From Flavobacteriaceae bacterium (GTDB taxonomy: Bacteria > Bacteroidota > Bacteroidia > Flavobacteriales > Flavobacteriaceae), in the NCBI GenBank assembly GCA_017857815.1, contig JAFMCL010000008.1, forward strand, positions 1,774 through 65,773: DNA of 64,000 nt, in the 5' to 3' direction. Below the pieces are notes generated by a model. The model ran no database searches. It saw only the letters and a program-made list of their open reading frames with translations, and was not told the origin of the DNA. Shown one piece after another: positions 26,582 to 36,866 of this stretch. A program made the translations under genes and the position numbers. How positions within the stretch are numbered: the stretch's first letter is position 1; the number at the start of each line of letters is the position of its first letter.

Positions 26582-27511
26582 TTATTCTTTAGGTTTGTTT
26601 TTCAAATTCTGCTTTTTCATTTCTTCTCCTATTTGATTGCTCGCCGTAAAGGATGCAACCATGTTGTTAAGCATGTCACTACCCGCTTGTGGAGTGTTGG
26701 GAAGTAGAATCAAATTGCTGTTTGTCGACTCTCCTATTGACTGTAATGTGTCATAGTGCTGAGTGACGACGATTAGGGCCGAAGCCTCTTGAGAGTTGAT
26801 TCCTACCCCATTAAGCACATCAACAGATTCTTCCAAACCCCTTGCGATTTCACGTCTTTGGTCGGCGATTCCTTGTCCTTGCAAGCGCTTGCTTTCTGCT
26901 TCAGCTTTTGCCTTTTCGACAATCAATATTCTTGCCGCGTCTCCTTCATATTGTGCAGCAACCTTTTGTCTCTCAGCCGCATTAATTTTATTCATTGCAG
27001 TTTTTACTTCAGAATCAGGATCAATGTCGGTAACCAATGCTTTTATGATGTCATAACCGTAATTAATCATGGCTTCATTAAGCTCCCCCTTAACTGCGTT
27101 CGCAATTTCGTCTTTCTTTTCAAAAACGTCATCCAACTTCATTTTAGGAACAACAGCCCTTACAACATCAAACACATAAGAAGTAATTTGATCTTGAGGA
27201 AAGTCTAATTTGTAGAAAGCATCAAAGACCTTTTCAACCAGTATTTTATATTGAACAGACACTTTCAATTTAACAAAAACATCATCTTTTGTTTTGGTCT
27301 CTACGATCACATCAAGTTGAAGAATTCTTAAACTAACCCTTCCTGCAATCCTATCTATCAAAGGAATTTTTATGTGAAGTCCTGATTGTCTGATAACAAG
27401 AAATCTTCCAAAACGTTCAATAATCGCAGCTGTTTGTTGTTTGACAACGAAAATCCCTGATAAAACGGTGAATAGAAAAAGAAAAAACAGAATAATTGAA
27501 ATAACGTCCAT
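26582..27511 (-). CDS. SPFH/band 7 (stomatin-like) membrane protein
   Basis: Has an N-terminal TM segment, an SPFH core (VKQQTAAIIERFGRF...LQLDVIVETKTKDDVFV) and a coiled-coil region (EKAKAEAESKRLQGQGIADQRREIA). Confidence 0.9.
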   Translation of the reverse strand: MDVISIILFFLFLFTVLSGIFVVKQQTAAIIERFGRFLVIRQSGLHIKIPLIDRIAGRVSLRILQLDVIVETKTKDDVFVKLKVSVQYKILVEKVFDAFYKLDFPQDQITSYVFDVVRAVVPKMKLDDVFEKKDEIANAVKGELNEAMINYGYDIIKALVTDIDPDSEVKTAMNKINAAERQKVAAQYEGDAARILIVEKAKAEAESKRLQGQGIADQRREIARGLEESVDVLNGVGINSQEASALIVVTQHYDTLQSIGESTNSNLILLPNTPQAGSDMLNNMVASFTASNQIGEEMKKQNLKNKPKE

Positions 27512-27522
27512 AGTTAATAGTA

Positions 27523-29004
27523 TTATAGATTGGGTTTAAATTTTATAAGTCTTTTTAAAGTTACGTCTTTCCCCAGTAAACTGCAAATCAAGAATAGATC
27601 AGGTCCACTTAGATTTCCAACAATCGCCAGGCGCAAACTTTGCATAATTAGCCCAAAAGAGTATTGATGCTCTTCGTTCCATTTCGAAATTAAACTTTTC
27701 CATTCAAGAGCGTCTATTTCTTTTTCACAGAGTTCAATTACAAAGTCAATTATTTTTTCAGGATCTTTTTTCTTTATTTTCTCCAACACCTTATTATCAT
27801 AAGTTTTCGGATCTTCAAAAAAGAGCCTAAAATTATTTTCAAACTCCTCGAGTAAATTTAATCGCTCTTTCACAGCGCCCAGTATTAAAGTTCTCTTTTT
27901 TTCCGACCAAGTACTCGGAAGTGCCTCAAAGAACTCAGGAAAACGTTTTAAAATGGATTTTGTTTCTAAATTTTCCAAATATTTATGATTTACCCACTTT
28001 GCTTTCTCAAAATCAAACCGCGCACCACTTTTTTGAATTTTATTAATCTCAAAAGCATTAACCAGTTCATCAAGTGAAAAAATCTCCTGCTCACTACCTG
28101 GGTTCCACCCTAAGAGAGATAAATAATTAATCATGGCCTCAGGAAGAAATCCTCTTTCTCTAAAACCAGGTTTGTTTTCCCATTCCAGAGGAAAAACAGG
28201 AAACCCTGCTTTGTCCCCGTCTCTTTTTGACAACTTCCCTTTTCCTTCAGGTTTAAGAATTAATGGGAGATGCATAAAAACTGGAACTTCCCAGTTAAAT
28301 GCCTCGTAGATTATTTTGTGCAACGGCAAAGAAGGTAGCCATTCTTCCCCACGAATTACATGACTGATTTTCATGTGATGGTCGTCAACGATATTTGCAA
28401 AATGATAAGTCGGCATCCCATCAGCCTTCATCAATATTTTATCATCTATCTCATCGCTATTGATTTGTATCATACCTCTTATTTCATCCTTCACAACGAT
28501 TGTTTCTCCAACCGCTACTTTTAGACGAACAACTCCCTTCCCTTTGTTTATTTCGTTTTCTAACTCCTCTTTTGATAAGGAAATTGCGTTTCGAAACTCT
28601 GCCCGATTGTGTGCGCTATATTTGAAGACCTCTCCTTTTTGTTCGCTTTCAGATCGCGCTATTGCCAACTCTTCAGGTGTGTCAAATGCATAATATGCTT
28701 TCCCAGATAAGATTAGCTTCTCTATTTCTTTCTTATAAAGCGCCTTCCTTTCGCTTTGACGGTAAGGTCCAAATCCACCAGGTGCAGATGGGCTTTCATC
28801 TGGTGTTAAACCGGCCCAGTTGAGTGCGTTAACAATATATTCCTCTGCACCTCTCACAAACCGGTTTCGGTCAGTGTCCTCAAGCCTAAGTATGAATTTT
28901 CCATTGTTTTTTTTAGCAAACAGATAGTTAAATAATGCGGTTCTTACTCCTCCAATATGTAATGCTCCTGTTGGGCTTGGTGCAAACCTGACGCGTACGC
29001 TCAT
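27523..29004 (-). CDS. gltX: Glutamate--tRNA ligase
   Basis: RVRFAPSPTGALHIGGVRTALFNYLFAKK (HIGH region) and KLSKRDG (KMSKS). Confidence 0.95.
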   Translation of the reverse strand: MSVRVRFAPSPTGALHIGGVRTALFNYLFAKKNNGKFILRLEDTDRNRFVRGAEEYIVNALNWAGLTPDESPSAPGGFGPYRQSERKALYKKEIEKLILSGKAYYAFDTPEELAIARSESEQKGEVFKYSAHNRAEFRNAISLSKEELENEINKGKGVVRLKVAVGETIVVKDEIRGMIQINSDEIDDKILMKADGMPTYHFANIVDDHHMKISHVIRGEEWLPSLPLHKIIYEAFNWEVPVFMHLPLILKPEGKGKLSKRDGDKAGFPVFPLEWENKPGFRERGFLPEAMINYLSLLGWNPGSEQEIFSLDELVNAFEINKIQKSGARFDFEKAKWVNHKYLENLETKSILKRFPEFFEALPSTWSEKKRTLILGAVKERLNLLEEFENNFRLFFEDPKTYDNKVLEKIKKKDPEKIIDFVIELCEKEIDALEWKSLISKWNEEHQYSFGLIMQSLRLAIVGNLSGPDLFLICSLLGKDVTLKRLIKFKPNL

Positions 29005-29018
29005 CTTTAATTTTTTTT

Positions 29019-29026
29019 CAAAGATA
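29019..29026 (-). promoter_or_regulatory. -7 promoter box (TATCTTTG on minus strand) for gltX
   Basis: Plus-strand caaagata, 15 nt upstream of the gltX ATG at 29004. Confidence 0.5.
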
Positions 29027-29070
29027 CTATATGATGTCTTTGAATGAAATTATTTGTTTTTTCTTTATCC

Positions 29071-29078
29071 TATATTTG
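29071..29078 (+). promoter_or_regulatory. -7 promoter box (TATATTTG) for ybeY
   Basis: Exact TAnnTTTG match. It lies inside the track ORF (start 29054), so translation must begin downstream of it. Confidence 0.5.
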
Positions 29079-29092
29079 CAATAAAATTTATT

Positions 29093-29509
29093 TTGATAAG
29101 ATTTTTTCATAACAAATTCTTGACGTTGAAGGAAGACGAACTTACGCTGTGGCTCGAAAACATTGCCGACGCGGAAGATTACACAATCGATAAAATCGAT
29201 TATAACTTCATTGATGCTGAGGAATTGTTAAAGCTAAATAAGAGACATTTGGAGCACGATACCGATACTGATATTATTACTTTTGACTATAGCGAAGGAA
29301 ATAATGTTCTCGCAGAAGCATTTATTAGTACAGATGCACTAAGTGAGAATGCACATAAATTTTCACAAAGTGTTGAAAATGAGTCTCTTAGGCTCATCGT
29401 TCATGCTTTACTGCATTGTGTAGGTTACAATGATAAAACAGATCAAGATAAGAACTTAATGCGTGAAAAGGAGTCTTTTTATATTGACTTGTTCCACGTG
29501 AAACAATAA
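29093..29509 (+). CDS. ybeY: rRNA maturation RNase YbeY
   Basis: The zinc motif HALLHCVGYND matches the YbeY HxxxHxxGxxH-type pattern. The in-frame TTG at 29093 gives MIRFFHNKFLTLKEDELTLWLENI. It lies downstream of the -7 box and resembles typical flavobacterial YbeY N-termini. Confidence 0.82.
   Translation: MIRFFHNKFLTLKEDELTLWLENIADAEDYTIDKIDYNFIDAEELLKLNKRHLEHDTDTDIITFDYSEGNNVLAEAFISTDALSENAHKFSQSVENESLRLIVHALLHCVGYNDKTDQDKNLMREKESFYIDLFHVKQ
29491..29504. repeat. Near-palindrome GTTCCACGTGAAAC (copy 1, 10 nt before the mnmG ATG)
   Basis: 13 of 14 positions are identical to the perfect palindrome at 31385-31398. It is centred on CACGTG and lies within the last codons of ybeY. Confidence 0.6.
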
Positions 29510-29513
29510 AAAT

Positions 29514-31382
29514 ATGTTCGATGGAATTTATGATGTAGTTGTTGTTGGAGGAGGACATGCAGGAGCTGAAGCAGCCGCGGCCGCCGCGAACATGGGATCT
29601 AGAACTCTCTTGGTTACAATGAACCTCCAAACAATTGGGCAGATGTCTTGTAATCCCGCAATGGGCGGAATTGCAAAAGGTCAAATTGTTCGTGAAATCG
29701 ATGCACTTGGAGGCTATAGTGGAATTGTTTCTGACAAAAGCGCGATTCAGTTTAAAATGCTAAATCAATCTAAAGGGCCAGCAATGTGGAGCCCTCGCGT
29801 TCAGTCCGATCGAATGCTATTCGCAAAGATTTGGAGAGAAATGTTAGAGCAAACCCCAAACCTTGATTTTTATCAAGATATGATACAAGACATAATTGTT
29901 AAGGAGGGTCAAGTCAAGGGTGTCATGACCTCCCTAGGAATTCCTATCCACGCCCATACTGTTGTTCTTACAAACGGCACTTTTCTTAATGGACTTATAC
30001 ATATTGGTGAAAAAAATTACGGCGGCGGTCGTGCAGGTGAAAAAGCATCAACGGGCTTGACCCAAAGTTTGGAATCCCTGGGTTTCGAATCTGGAAGAAT
30101 GAAAACCGGTACACCACCAAGGGTGGATGGTCGATCTTTAGATTACAGCGTTATGGTTGAGCAGCCAGGAGACTTCAACCCTTCCAAGTTTAGTTACACT
30201 AATACCAAGCCGTTGGTCGAACAACGAAGTTGTCACATAACCTATACGAGTCCTGAGGTTCACGACATGTTAAGAACAGGTTTTGATCGTTCACCAATGT
30301 TCAATGGAAACATTCAAAGTACAGGCCCTCGTTATTGCCCTTCCATAGAAGATAAGATTGATCGTTTTGCGGATAAATCCCGTCATCAAATTTTTGTTGA
30401 GCCTGAAGGTTGGGATACCGTTGAGGTCTATGTAAATGGTTTTTCAACCTCCCTCCCAGAAGACATTCAGTTTAAAGCCCTGCGAGCAGTTAAGGGCTTT
30501 GAAAAGGTCAAGTTTTTTCGTCCTGGATATGCCATCGAATATGACTACTTCCCTCCCACCCAATTATCAAATTCCTTAGAGACTAAACTAGTAAATGGTT
30601 TATTTTTCGCAGGACAGATTAACGGAACAACGGGGTACGAAGAAGCCGCTTCTCAAGGTTTGATGGCCGGCATCAATGCCCATTTAAAAACGAAGGAAGA
30701 ACCCGCCTTTGTTTTAAAAAGGAATGAAGCCTATATTGGTGTTCTTGTCGATGATTTAATTACTAAAGGAACCGACGAACCCTACAGGATGTTTACTTCT
30801 CGTGCGGAATACAGAACCTTATTGCGGCAAGATAATGCGGACATTCGACTAACCTCATTGTCATATGAACTTGGACTTGCAGATGTTAATCGTTTAAAAG
30901 CTGTAGATCAAAAGGTCGCTAAAACTGAAAAGCTAATCTCGTTTCTTAAGAATCAAAGTTATGCGGTGGCTGAGGTTAATCCAATTCTAAAAAATAAAGA
31001 TTCTGCTCCCGTCAAGCAGTCTGATAAAATCAGTAAAATATTTTCGCGTCCAAACGTTGATCGCAATGATATTATTCAAGTTAAAACTGTTTCTGATTTT
31101 CTAGCAGCTGAGCAGATTGATGACACAATTTTCGAACAAGCCGAGATCCAAATAAAGTATTCAGGCTATATTGAAAAGGAAATGATCAACGCTGAGAAGC
31201 TAAATAAGCTTGATAACATCAAGATTCCATCAAGCTTTGACTATGATATTCTGTCATCACTTTCTCACGAAGCCAAAGAGAAGCTAAATAAGATCAAGCC
31301 CAGTAACCTTTCACAGGCTTCAAGAATTAGCGGAATCAAACCCAGCGACATAAGTGTTTTATTAGTAAAGTTGGGAAGATAA
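29514..31382 (+). CDS. mnmG: tRNA uridine 5-carboxymethylaminomethyl modification enzyme MnmG (GidA)
   Basis: YDVVVVGGGHAGAEAA FAD motif, MSCNPAMGGIAKGQIVREIDALGG and GQINGTTGYEEAA. 622 aa. Confidence 0.97.
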   Translation: MFDGIYDVVVVGGGHAGAEAAAAAANMGSRTLLVTMNLQTIGQMSCNPAMGGIAKGQIVREIDALGGYSGIVSDKSAIQFKMLNQSKGPAMWSPRVQSDRMLFAKIWREMLEQTPNLDFYQDMIQDIIVKEGQVKGVMTSLGIPIHAHTVVLTNGTFLNGLIHIGEKNYGGGRAGEKASTGLTQSLESLGFESGRMKTGTPPRVDGRSLDYSVMVEQPGDFNPSKFSYTNTKPLVEQRSCHITYTSPEVHDMLRTGFDRSPMFNGNIQSTGPRYCPSIEDKIDRFADKSRHQIFVEPEGWDTVEVYVNGFSTSLPEDIQFKALRAVKGFEKVKFFRPGYAIEYDYFPPTQLSNSLETKLVNGLFFAGQINGTTGYEEAASQGLMAGINAHLKTKEEPAFVLKRNEAYIGVLVDDLITKGTDEPYRMFTSRAEYRTLLRQDNADIRLTSLSYELGLADVNRLKAVDQKVAKTEKLISFLKNQSYAVAEVNPILKNKDSAPVKQSDKISKIFSRPNVDRNDIIQVKTVSDFLAAEQIDDTIFEQAEIQIKYSGYIEKEMINAEKLNKLDNIKIPSSFDYDILSSLSHEAKEKLNKIKPSNLSQASRISGIKPSDISVLLVKLGR

Positions 31383-32255
31383 ATGTTCCACGTGGAACTT
31401 ATGATGAAAAAAAACAAATCCAAATTACTTTATAAGGTTAGAGACCACTTGGTTTCTCAAGAATCATTTGATGTTTATTGGGATGAAAAGCAGCAATTTG
31501 GATGGACAGACTTAAAAAACACCTCCGACTTGTCAGCGTATTATAAGTCAGATGAATATTATTCTCATCAAGGGCGTTCGAAGACTTTAATTCAAAAAAT
31601 TTATTCTTTTGCTAGAGGTCTAATGTTTCATTATAAGCACAATATAATTTCCCCCCTTTTATTTAAAGGCGCAAGGATTCTAGATGTTGGATCAGGTACA
31701 GGAGACTTCTTGTCTTTTATGAATTCAAAAGGTTATGAAGTAATAGGAGTTGAAAACAATCCTAAAGCAAGTCTCATCAGTCAAAAAAATTGCATAAAGA
31801 CTCATAAAAGCATTAGGGAGTTGCCCGACAATTCTTTTGACTTGATCACACTGTGGCATGTATTGGAACACCTGCCGGATCCTGAGGAGACCTTTAAAAA
31901 CATGTTTAACTTATTAAATAAATCAGGGCACTTAATTGTCGCAGTTCCAAATATTTACAGTCTAGATAAAGAATATTATTGTGAAAATTGGGCAGGATTC
32001 GACGTCCCACGTCACTTATGGCACTTTTCTACCCCTTTCTTAATCAACTTGGCAGGCAAACATAACTTTGAATTGGTCAGATCAAAACCTCTTTTGCTAG
32101 ACGCTCTGTATATCAGTTTTCTTTCAGAGAAGCACAAAGGAAGTCGCTTTTCTTTTTTAAGAGGTATGGTTAAAGGAGCGTATTTTAATCTTCGCGCCTT
32201 GAGATCAAGACGTTATTCCTCTCTTGTTTATGTATTTAAGAAGCAAGCTCCTTAG
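31383..32255 (+). CDS. Class I SAM-dependent methyltransferase
   Basis: Contains [12 protein letters not shown] (motif I) and [14 protein letters not shown]. The start may be ATG 31383 or ATG 31401/31404 (MMKKNK), and I cannot tell which is used. Confidence 0.8.
   Translation: MFHVELMMKKNKSKLLYKVRDHLVSQESFDVYWDEKQQFGWTDLKNTSDLSAYYKSDEYYSHQGRSKTLIQKIYSFARGLMFHYKHNIISPLLFKGARILDVGSGTGDFLSFMNSKGYEVIGVENNPKASLISQKNCIKTHKSIRELPDNSFDLITLWHVLEHLPDPEETFKNMFNLLNKSGHLIVAVPNIYSLDKEYYCENWAGFDVPRHLWHFSTPFLINLAGKHNFELVRSKPLLLDALYISFLSEKHKGSRFSFLRGMVKGAYFNLRALRSRRYSSLVYVFKKQAP
31385..31398. repeat. Perfect 14-bp palindrome GTTCCACGTGGAAC (copy 2, 3 nt after the mnmG stop)
   Basis: The sequence is self-complementary. 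It shares the 11-mer TGTTCCACGTG with the site at 29490-29500. Confidence 0.6.
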
Positions 32256-33381
32256 CGTTCAATAATCGCGTCATTTCCAAAGAAAAATTACTAAAAAGTA
32301 TTTTCGGATTCGCATTTCTTTCTAGATGATAGAGCGACTTTTCAATCAACCGAACTATTTGCATTATGTTCCCGCCATGAATATAAGGTGCAAGCTTTTT
32401 AAGATCAAAACCAGTGTATAGTTTAAGATCACTCAATTGGTTCGCGCCATAGGAAATCATTAAGGTTTGTCTTATAAATTCAAGAGCATACTGTAGAAAA
32501 GCTTTTTGTTCCTCTCTTTGTAGTCCTGCTATTTTATCTGCCCAGGTCATTAGCTCAATCACCACTGACCTTTTAGACTTTGCCTTGAACGAAGACCTTA
32601 AACAATCAATCCAAAGGTTTTCAAACAACAGGGTGTTTTCGTGATTGGATGATATTTCCATTGCTTTTCTCCAACTCCCCTTTGACCCATTTACTGCTTC
32701 TGAAATCCCCCCTTTTGTGATTAATTTTTTTAAACCAATTTCGATTTCATCAATCTTAATTGGAGGAACTGAGATTTCTTGACAGCGTGAAATTAATGTT
32801 GGTAAAAGTTTTTCAGTTTGTTCGGCAACAAGAATAAAAAAAGAATTTTTTGGCGGCTCTTCAAACAGTTTTAATAGTTTGTTTGTTCCATCCGTATTTA
32901 ACTTATCCGCTCCAAAAATTACCATCACCTTATTACCACCACTATGTGATTTAAGGCTCATCTTATGATGGATTTTTTGGACTTCTTCTACTCCGATTAT
33001 TCCTTGCTTGTTTCCCGCCTCAAGTCTTTTCACCCAATCGAAAATGTTACCATAAGGTTGCTCTGTCAAAAACTCCTTCCATACCACCCTAAAATCTTCA
33101 GAAGTCGACTTTGAGCTTTGGGAAGAAGTGTTTACAATCGGATAAACAAAATGAAGGTCCGGATGATCCAATAATTTTTTAGAATCAATACCATTGTCCT
33201 CTTCGATCTTTAGTTGATCAAATCCATAAATAAGGCCCAACGAGCACCCTAATGCCAAAGGAAGCCCTCCACGACCGCCTTTGTCTATAAAAAGCTGAGA
33301 ATGAGGCACTTGACCCTTTGAAATCATCGTCCTTAAATGATTTTTTAATGTATCTTGACCGATTATTTCATCGAAAAACAT
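32236..33381 (-). CDS. holB: DNA polymerase III subunit delta' (clamp-loader AAA+ like)
   Basis: [57 protein letters not shown] and LPTLISRCQ motifs of the delta' family. Its stop overlaps the convergent methyltransferase gene by 20 nt. Confidence 0.8.
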   Translation of the reverse strand: MFFDEIIGQDTLKNHLRTMISKGQVPHSQLFIDKGGRGGLPLALGCSLGLIYGFDQLKIEEDNGIDSKKLLDHPDLHFVYPIVNTSSQSSKSTSEDFRVVWKEFLTEQPYGNIFDWVKRLEAGNKQGIIGVEEVQKIHHKMSLKSHSGGNKVMVIFGADKLNTDGTNKLLKLFEEPPKNSFFILVAEQTEKLLPTLISRCQEISVPPIKIDEIEIGLKKLITKGGISEAVNGSKGSWRKAMEISSNHENTLLFENLWIDCLRSSFKAKSKRSVVIELMTWADKIAGLQREEQKAFLQYALEFIRQTLMISYGANQLSDLKLYTGFDLKKLAPYIHGGNIMQIVRLIEKSLYHLERNANPKILFSNFSLEMTRLLNAKELAS

Positions 33382-33498
33382 TGGCGAATAAATGAATTAT
33401 TTTGATTAAAAGTAAACAATCTTAATCGATTTCAGTTTTGATAAATTAAAATTAGTTATTCAATTGTTTTTATGTGCTCCTACCATTTTAAAAAATGT

Positions 33499-33506
33499 TA
33501 TTTTTG
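33499..33506 (+). promoter_or_regulatory. -7 promoter box (TATTTTTG) for pgk
   Basis: Exact TAnnTTTG match, 15 nt upstream of ATG 33521. It lies inside the longer track ORF (start 33464) and argues against that start. Confidence 0.5.
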
Positions 33507-33520
33507 AAAAAATTCGTTTT

Positions 33521-34714
33521 ATGAAAACCCTCTCACAAAAAGACTTTACCAACAAACGCGTTGTGATTCGCGTTGATTTTAACGTCCCGTTAGATGAAAA
33601 CTTTAAGGTTACAGACAACACCAGAATAATTGCTGCCAAGGAAACGATCGAACTTGTTTTGGAAGGGGGAGGAAGCTGTGTTCTTATTTCTCATCTTGGA
33701 AGACCTAAAGGAAAAGACGCTCAATTTTCACTTTCACATATTCTTGAGGAAGTTAAACAAGTATTGAACATTCCCGTTGAGTTTTGTGATGACTGTGTTG
33801 GGCCTGAAGCAGAGAAAGCGACAGAAAACCTTAAGCCAGGATCAGTAATTTTGATGGAAAACCTTCGCTATTATTCAGAGGAGACTGCAGGAGATGTGGA
33901 GTTTGCATCGCAACTTTCCAAATTAGGGGATTGCTATGTTAATGATGCTTTTGGAACAGCACACCGGGCGCACGCCTCCACGACGATAATTGCTCAGTTT
34001 TTTAAAGAGGAAAAATATTTTGGAAAACTTCTTGAAAACGAAGTCACCGCAATAAAGAAAGTTATGGAGACAGGAGAAAAACCTGTTTTGGCCATTTTGG
34101 GAGGTGCGAAAGTTTCCTCTAAGATCACCATCATTGAAAACATGTTAGATAAAATCGATCATCTAATTATTGGCGGAGGGATGGTTTATACTTTTATAAA
34201 GGCAATGGGCGGTTCTGTTGGACAATCCATTTGTGAAGATGAATTTTGTGATTATGCTTTGGAATTAATGGAAAAAGCAAAAGCCAAAGGAGTTCAAATT
34301 CATTTGCCTACGGATGTTATTATTGCTGATGATTTTTCAAATGATGCCAATAAAAGACCCTGTGATGTCTATAATATACCAGAAGATTGGCAGGGATTGG
34401 ATGCAGGACCCGAGACTCTTAAACAATTTGAATCGGTCGTTTTAGAAAGCAAAACAATATTATGGAATGGCCCATTAGGTGTTTTTGAGTTCAGTTCCTT
34501 TGCAATAGGAACAATAACGCTTGGAGAACACATTTCGAGAAGCACTGCCAATGGCGCTTTTTCACTCGTAGGCGGTGGAGATTCTGTTGCTGCAGTTAAG
34601 CAATTTGGTTTTGAGACTAAAATGAGCTATATTTCTACTGGTGGTGGTGCGATGTTGGAGAGTCTTGAAGGAAAAACCCTCCCAGGAATTGCTGCTTTAA
34701 TGGAACAGCCTTAA
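33521..34714 (+). CDS. pgk: Phosphoglycerate kinase
   Basis: KRVVIRVDFNVPLD, SHLGRPKG and GGGDSVAAV...STGGGAMLE are hallmarks of PGK. Confidence 0.96.
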   Translation: MKTLSQKDFTNKRVVIRVDFNVPLDENFKVTDNTRIIAAKETIELVLEGGGSCVLISHLGRPKGKDAQFSLSHILEEVKQVLNIPVEFCDDCVGPEAEKATENLKPGSVILMENLRYYSEETAGDVEFASQLSKLGDCYVNDAFGTAHRAHASTTIIAQFFKEEKYFGKLLENEVTAIKKVMETGEKPVLAILGGAKVSSKITIIENMLDKIDHLIIGGGMVYTFIKAMGGSVGQSICEDEFCDYALELMEKAKAKGVQIHLPTDVIIADDFSNDANKRPCDVYNIPEDWQGLDAGPETLKQFESVVLESKTILWNGPLGVFEFSSFAIGTITLGEHISRSTANGAFSLVGGGDSVAAVKQFGFETKMSYISTGGGAMLESLEGKTLPGIAALMEQP

Positions 34715-34718
34715 AATC

Positions 34719-35690
34719 ATGTCTAAATCAGTTTTCGTAACCCTATTGCTTGTTCTAATATCAATAGTTTCTTGCGAGGAAGGACCTAAACGACGATACC
34801 TAGCCGATTCAAATGGAAACATGAATCACCTAACGGTGGTCATGGAAAAAAGCGACTGGAATGGCGAGTTAGGAAAAATAACGCGAAAACTATTGGAAAC
34901 ACCTTATGAAGGACTTCCACTTATTGAACCACAGTTTTCTTTAAAATACCTTTCCCCTAAGGTCTTTTCAGGTTTTGCACGAAATAGTCGTAACGTTCTT
35001 TGGTTTCAAAAAGATACTATTGCTAGATTTCAACTTATAGAAAACTATTTTGCGCGTCCTCAAATCGTAGCGATTGTAAAAGGTGAAGACCAAGAAGTAC
35101 AAGCGGTTTTTTTGGAAGAAAACATCAAGCTTCTTAGGGCCGCCCTTTCAGAAAACGAGCAAAAAGAAAAATTAAGAAGGATTCAAAAATCTCCAAGCAG
35201 GGACAAGGGGCTAAGTGATCGGTTTAAAGTGCAATTGATTTATCCTACAGCATACAAAACGGTAAAAGACACGACAAACTTTATTTGGATCCAAAAACCA
35301 GTACAGAAAGGTCATTTAAACATTATTGCTTATTCACTTCCTGAAAACGAACTTAATGGAAACACAAAGAAGAAGATAATTGAAATAAGAGATTCTATAG
35401 GAAAAGTCTATGTTCCTGGCAGACTTAAAGGAAGTTTCATGATAACGGAAAAGGCCTATCGTCCCTATTTTTACAAAATGAAATTGGACAACAAGTTTAG
35501 CTATTTGACTAAGGGAACCTGGGAAGTTGAAAATGATTTTATGGCGGGACCATTTATAAACTATATGATAAAAGACACCGTCAACAAAAGATGGATGGTT
35601 GTCGAAGGATTTAGCTTTGCACCCTCAATAAGCAAGCGGGACTATATGTTTGAATTAAACACAATCCTAAGCTCAATAAGATTTGAGTAA
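34719..35690 (+). CDS. Lipoprotein, DUF4837-like
   Basis: Has a lipobox (LISIVSC) and is about 320 aa. The family assignment is from memory of flavobacterial DUF4837 proteins and is not verified. Confidence 0.5.
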   Translation: MSKSVFVTLLLVLISIVSCEEGPKRRYLADSNGNMNHLTVVMEKSDWNGELGKITRKLLETPYEGLPLIEPQFSLKYLSPKVFSGFARNSRNVLWFQKDTIARFQLIENYFARPQIVAIVKGEDQEVQAVFLEENIKLLRAALSENEQKEKLRRIQKSPSRDKGLSDRFKVQLIYPTAYKTVKDTTNFIWIQKPVQKGHLNIIAYSLPENELNGNTKKKIIEIRDSIGKVYVPGRLKGSFMITEKAYRPYFYKMKLDNKFSYLTKGTWEVENDFMAGPFINYMIKDTVNKRWMVVEGFSFAPSISKRDYMFELNTILSSIRFE

Positions 35691-35695
35691 AACGT

Positions 35696-35890
35696 TTACT
35701 TAATTTCTTCTTTAGAGTCCGAAGTTTCTTCGTCCTCTTTGGTTGCTTTTTTAAATTCTTTGATACCACTTCCTAAACCTTTCATTAATTCAGGAATTTT
35801 TCTACCACCAAACAACAAAAGAACCGCAACAACGATAAGCACCACTTGAGGAGCGCCAATCATACCTAGTAAAATATTTATTGATAACAT
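35696..35890 (-). CDS. tatA: Twin-arginine translocase subunit TatA/E
   Basis: 64 aa with one TM segment followed by [23 protein letters not shown] and an acidic tail. Confidence 0.9.
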   Translation of the reverse strand: MLSINILLGMIGAPQVVLIVVAVLLLFGGRKIPELMKGLGSGIKEFKKATKEDEETSDSKEEIK

Positions 35891-35906
35891 TGTTCTAAAT
35901 TTTAGA

Positions 35907-35914
35907 CAAATGTA
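35907..35914 (-). promoter_or_regulatory. -7 promoter box (TACATTTG on minus strand) for tatA
   Basis: Plus-strand caaatgta, 17 nt upstream of the tatA ATG at 35890. Confidence 0.5.
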
Positions 35915-35978
35915 TGAAATATTATGGTCAATTTAAATTTGTTTCTTTGATCAACAAATTATTTTTACCCTTAATGCC

Positions 35979-35986
35979 TATCTTTG
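35979..35986 (+). promoter_or_regulatory. -7 promoter box (TATCTTTG) for the M23 peptidase gene
   Basis: Exact TAnnTTTG match. The final G is 5 nt before ATG 35992, which implies a leaderless mRNA. Confidence 0.55.
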
Positions 35987-35991
35987 TTTAG

Positions 35992-36864
35992 ATGGCAAAG
36001 AAGAATAGAAAAAAAAGACCTTGGATTCAAAAGTTGTTGAACCGCTACCGCTTGGTAGTCATCGATGAAAAAACTTTTGAAGAACGCTTTTATTTTAGAC
36101 TTTCTAGACTTAACATTATTATTGTTGTTTTTCTGTTTGTTTCTTTAATAACTTCAGCGGCCATTTTATCCATCGCTTATTCCTCCCTTAAAGAATTCAT
36201 TCCGGGATATACCTCGACAAAGCTCAGGAAAGACGCCATAGAAAACAGTTTTGCATTGGACTCGATTTCTCGTCTTTTTCAGAAACAAGATAACTATATA
36301 AAGTCAATTAGAAGCGCATTGATGGGAAACACTGAGTGGGATAGCGTATCAAAAATAAATTATATTCTATCTCCAGCAAATCCGTCGATAAATTTACCCG
36401 AAACAGTCGCAGTAGACTCCATTCTCAGGACCGAAGTTCTACAAGAGGACAAATATAATGTTGTTGAAAACCCCAACGGAAACGTAAAATTTCTTTTATA
36501 CCCTCCCGCAAAGGGCGTAATTTCTCAGGGTTATAATCCTGAATTAAAACATTTTGCGATAGATGTAGTGTTAGAAAAAAACACGCCGATTAAATCTGTT
36601 GCAGAAGGAACCGTTATTTTCTCTGAATGGTCAGCTGAAACCGGCTATGTCATCATCTTAGAACACGCTCACGATCTTTTAACGGTCTACAAGCATAATT
36701 CTTCTTTAAACAAAGAACAGGGCGACATCGTAAGTGCTGGAGAAGTAATTGCCGCCGCCGGAAATACTGGAGAACTTTCTACTGGTTGGCATTTGCATTT
36801 TGAATTGTGGGCGAACGGATATCCGATGGATCCAACAAACTTTATTGATTTTTCAGAAGAATAA
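35992..36864 (+). CDS. M23 family metallopeptidase (LytM-type, catalytic residues intact), membrane-anchored
   Basis: Has an N-terminal TM segment, HFAIDV (HxxxD) and GNTGELSTGWHLHFELW (HxH). Confidence 0.85.
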   Translation: MAKKNRKKRPWIQKLLNRYRLVVIDEKTFEERFYFRLSRLNIIIVVFLFVSLITSAAILSIAYSSLKEFIPGYTSTKLRKDAIENSFALDSISRLFQKQDNYIKSIRSALMGNTEWDSVSKINYILSPANPSINLPETVAVDSILRTEVLQEDKYNVVENPNGNVKFLLYPPAKGVISQGYNPELKHFAIDVVLEKNTPIKSVAEGTVIFSEWSAETGYVIILEHAHDLLTVYKHNSSLNKEQGDIVSAGEVIAAAGNTGELSTGWHLHFELWANGYPMDPTNFIDFSEE

Positions 36865-36866
36865 AA

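Noticed and set aside
24911-29004. glnS and gltX lying close together around an SPFH gene as a functional aminoacylation module.
   Set aside because: The genes are convergent or separately promoted, with their own -7 boxes. Having both GlnRS and a GluRS is normal for Bacteroidota. There is no evidence of a functional link to the SPFH protein.
35686-35700. The short inverted repeat gtaaa-acg-tttac between the DUF4837 gene and tatA as a bidirectional terminator.
   Set aside because: The 5-bp AT-rich stem is too weak to call.
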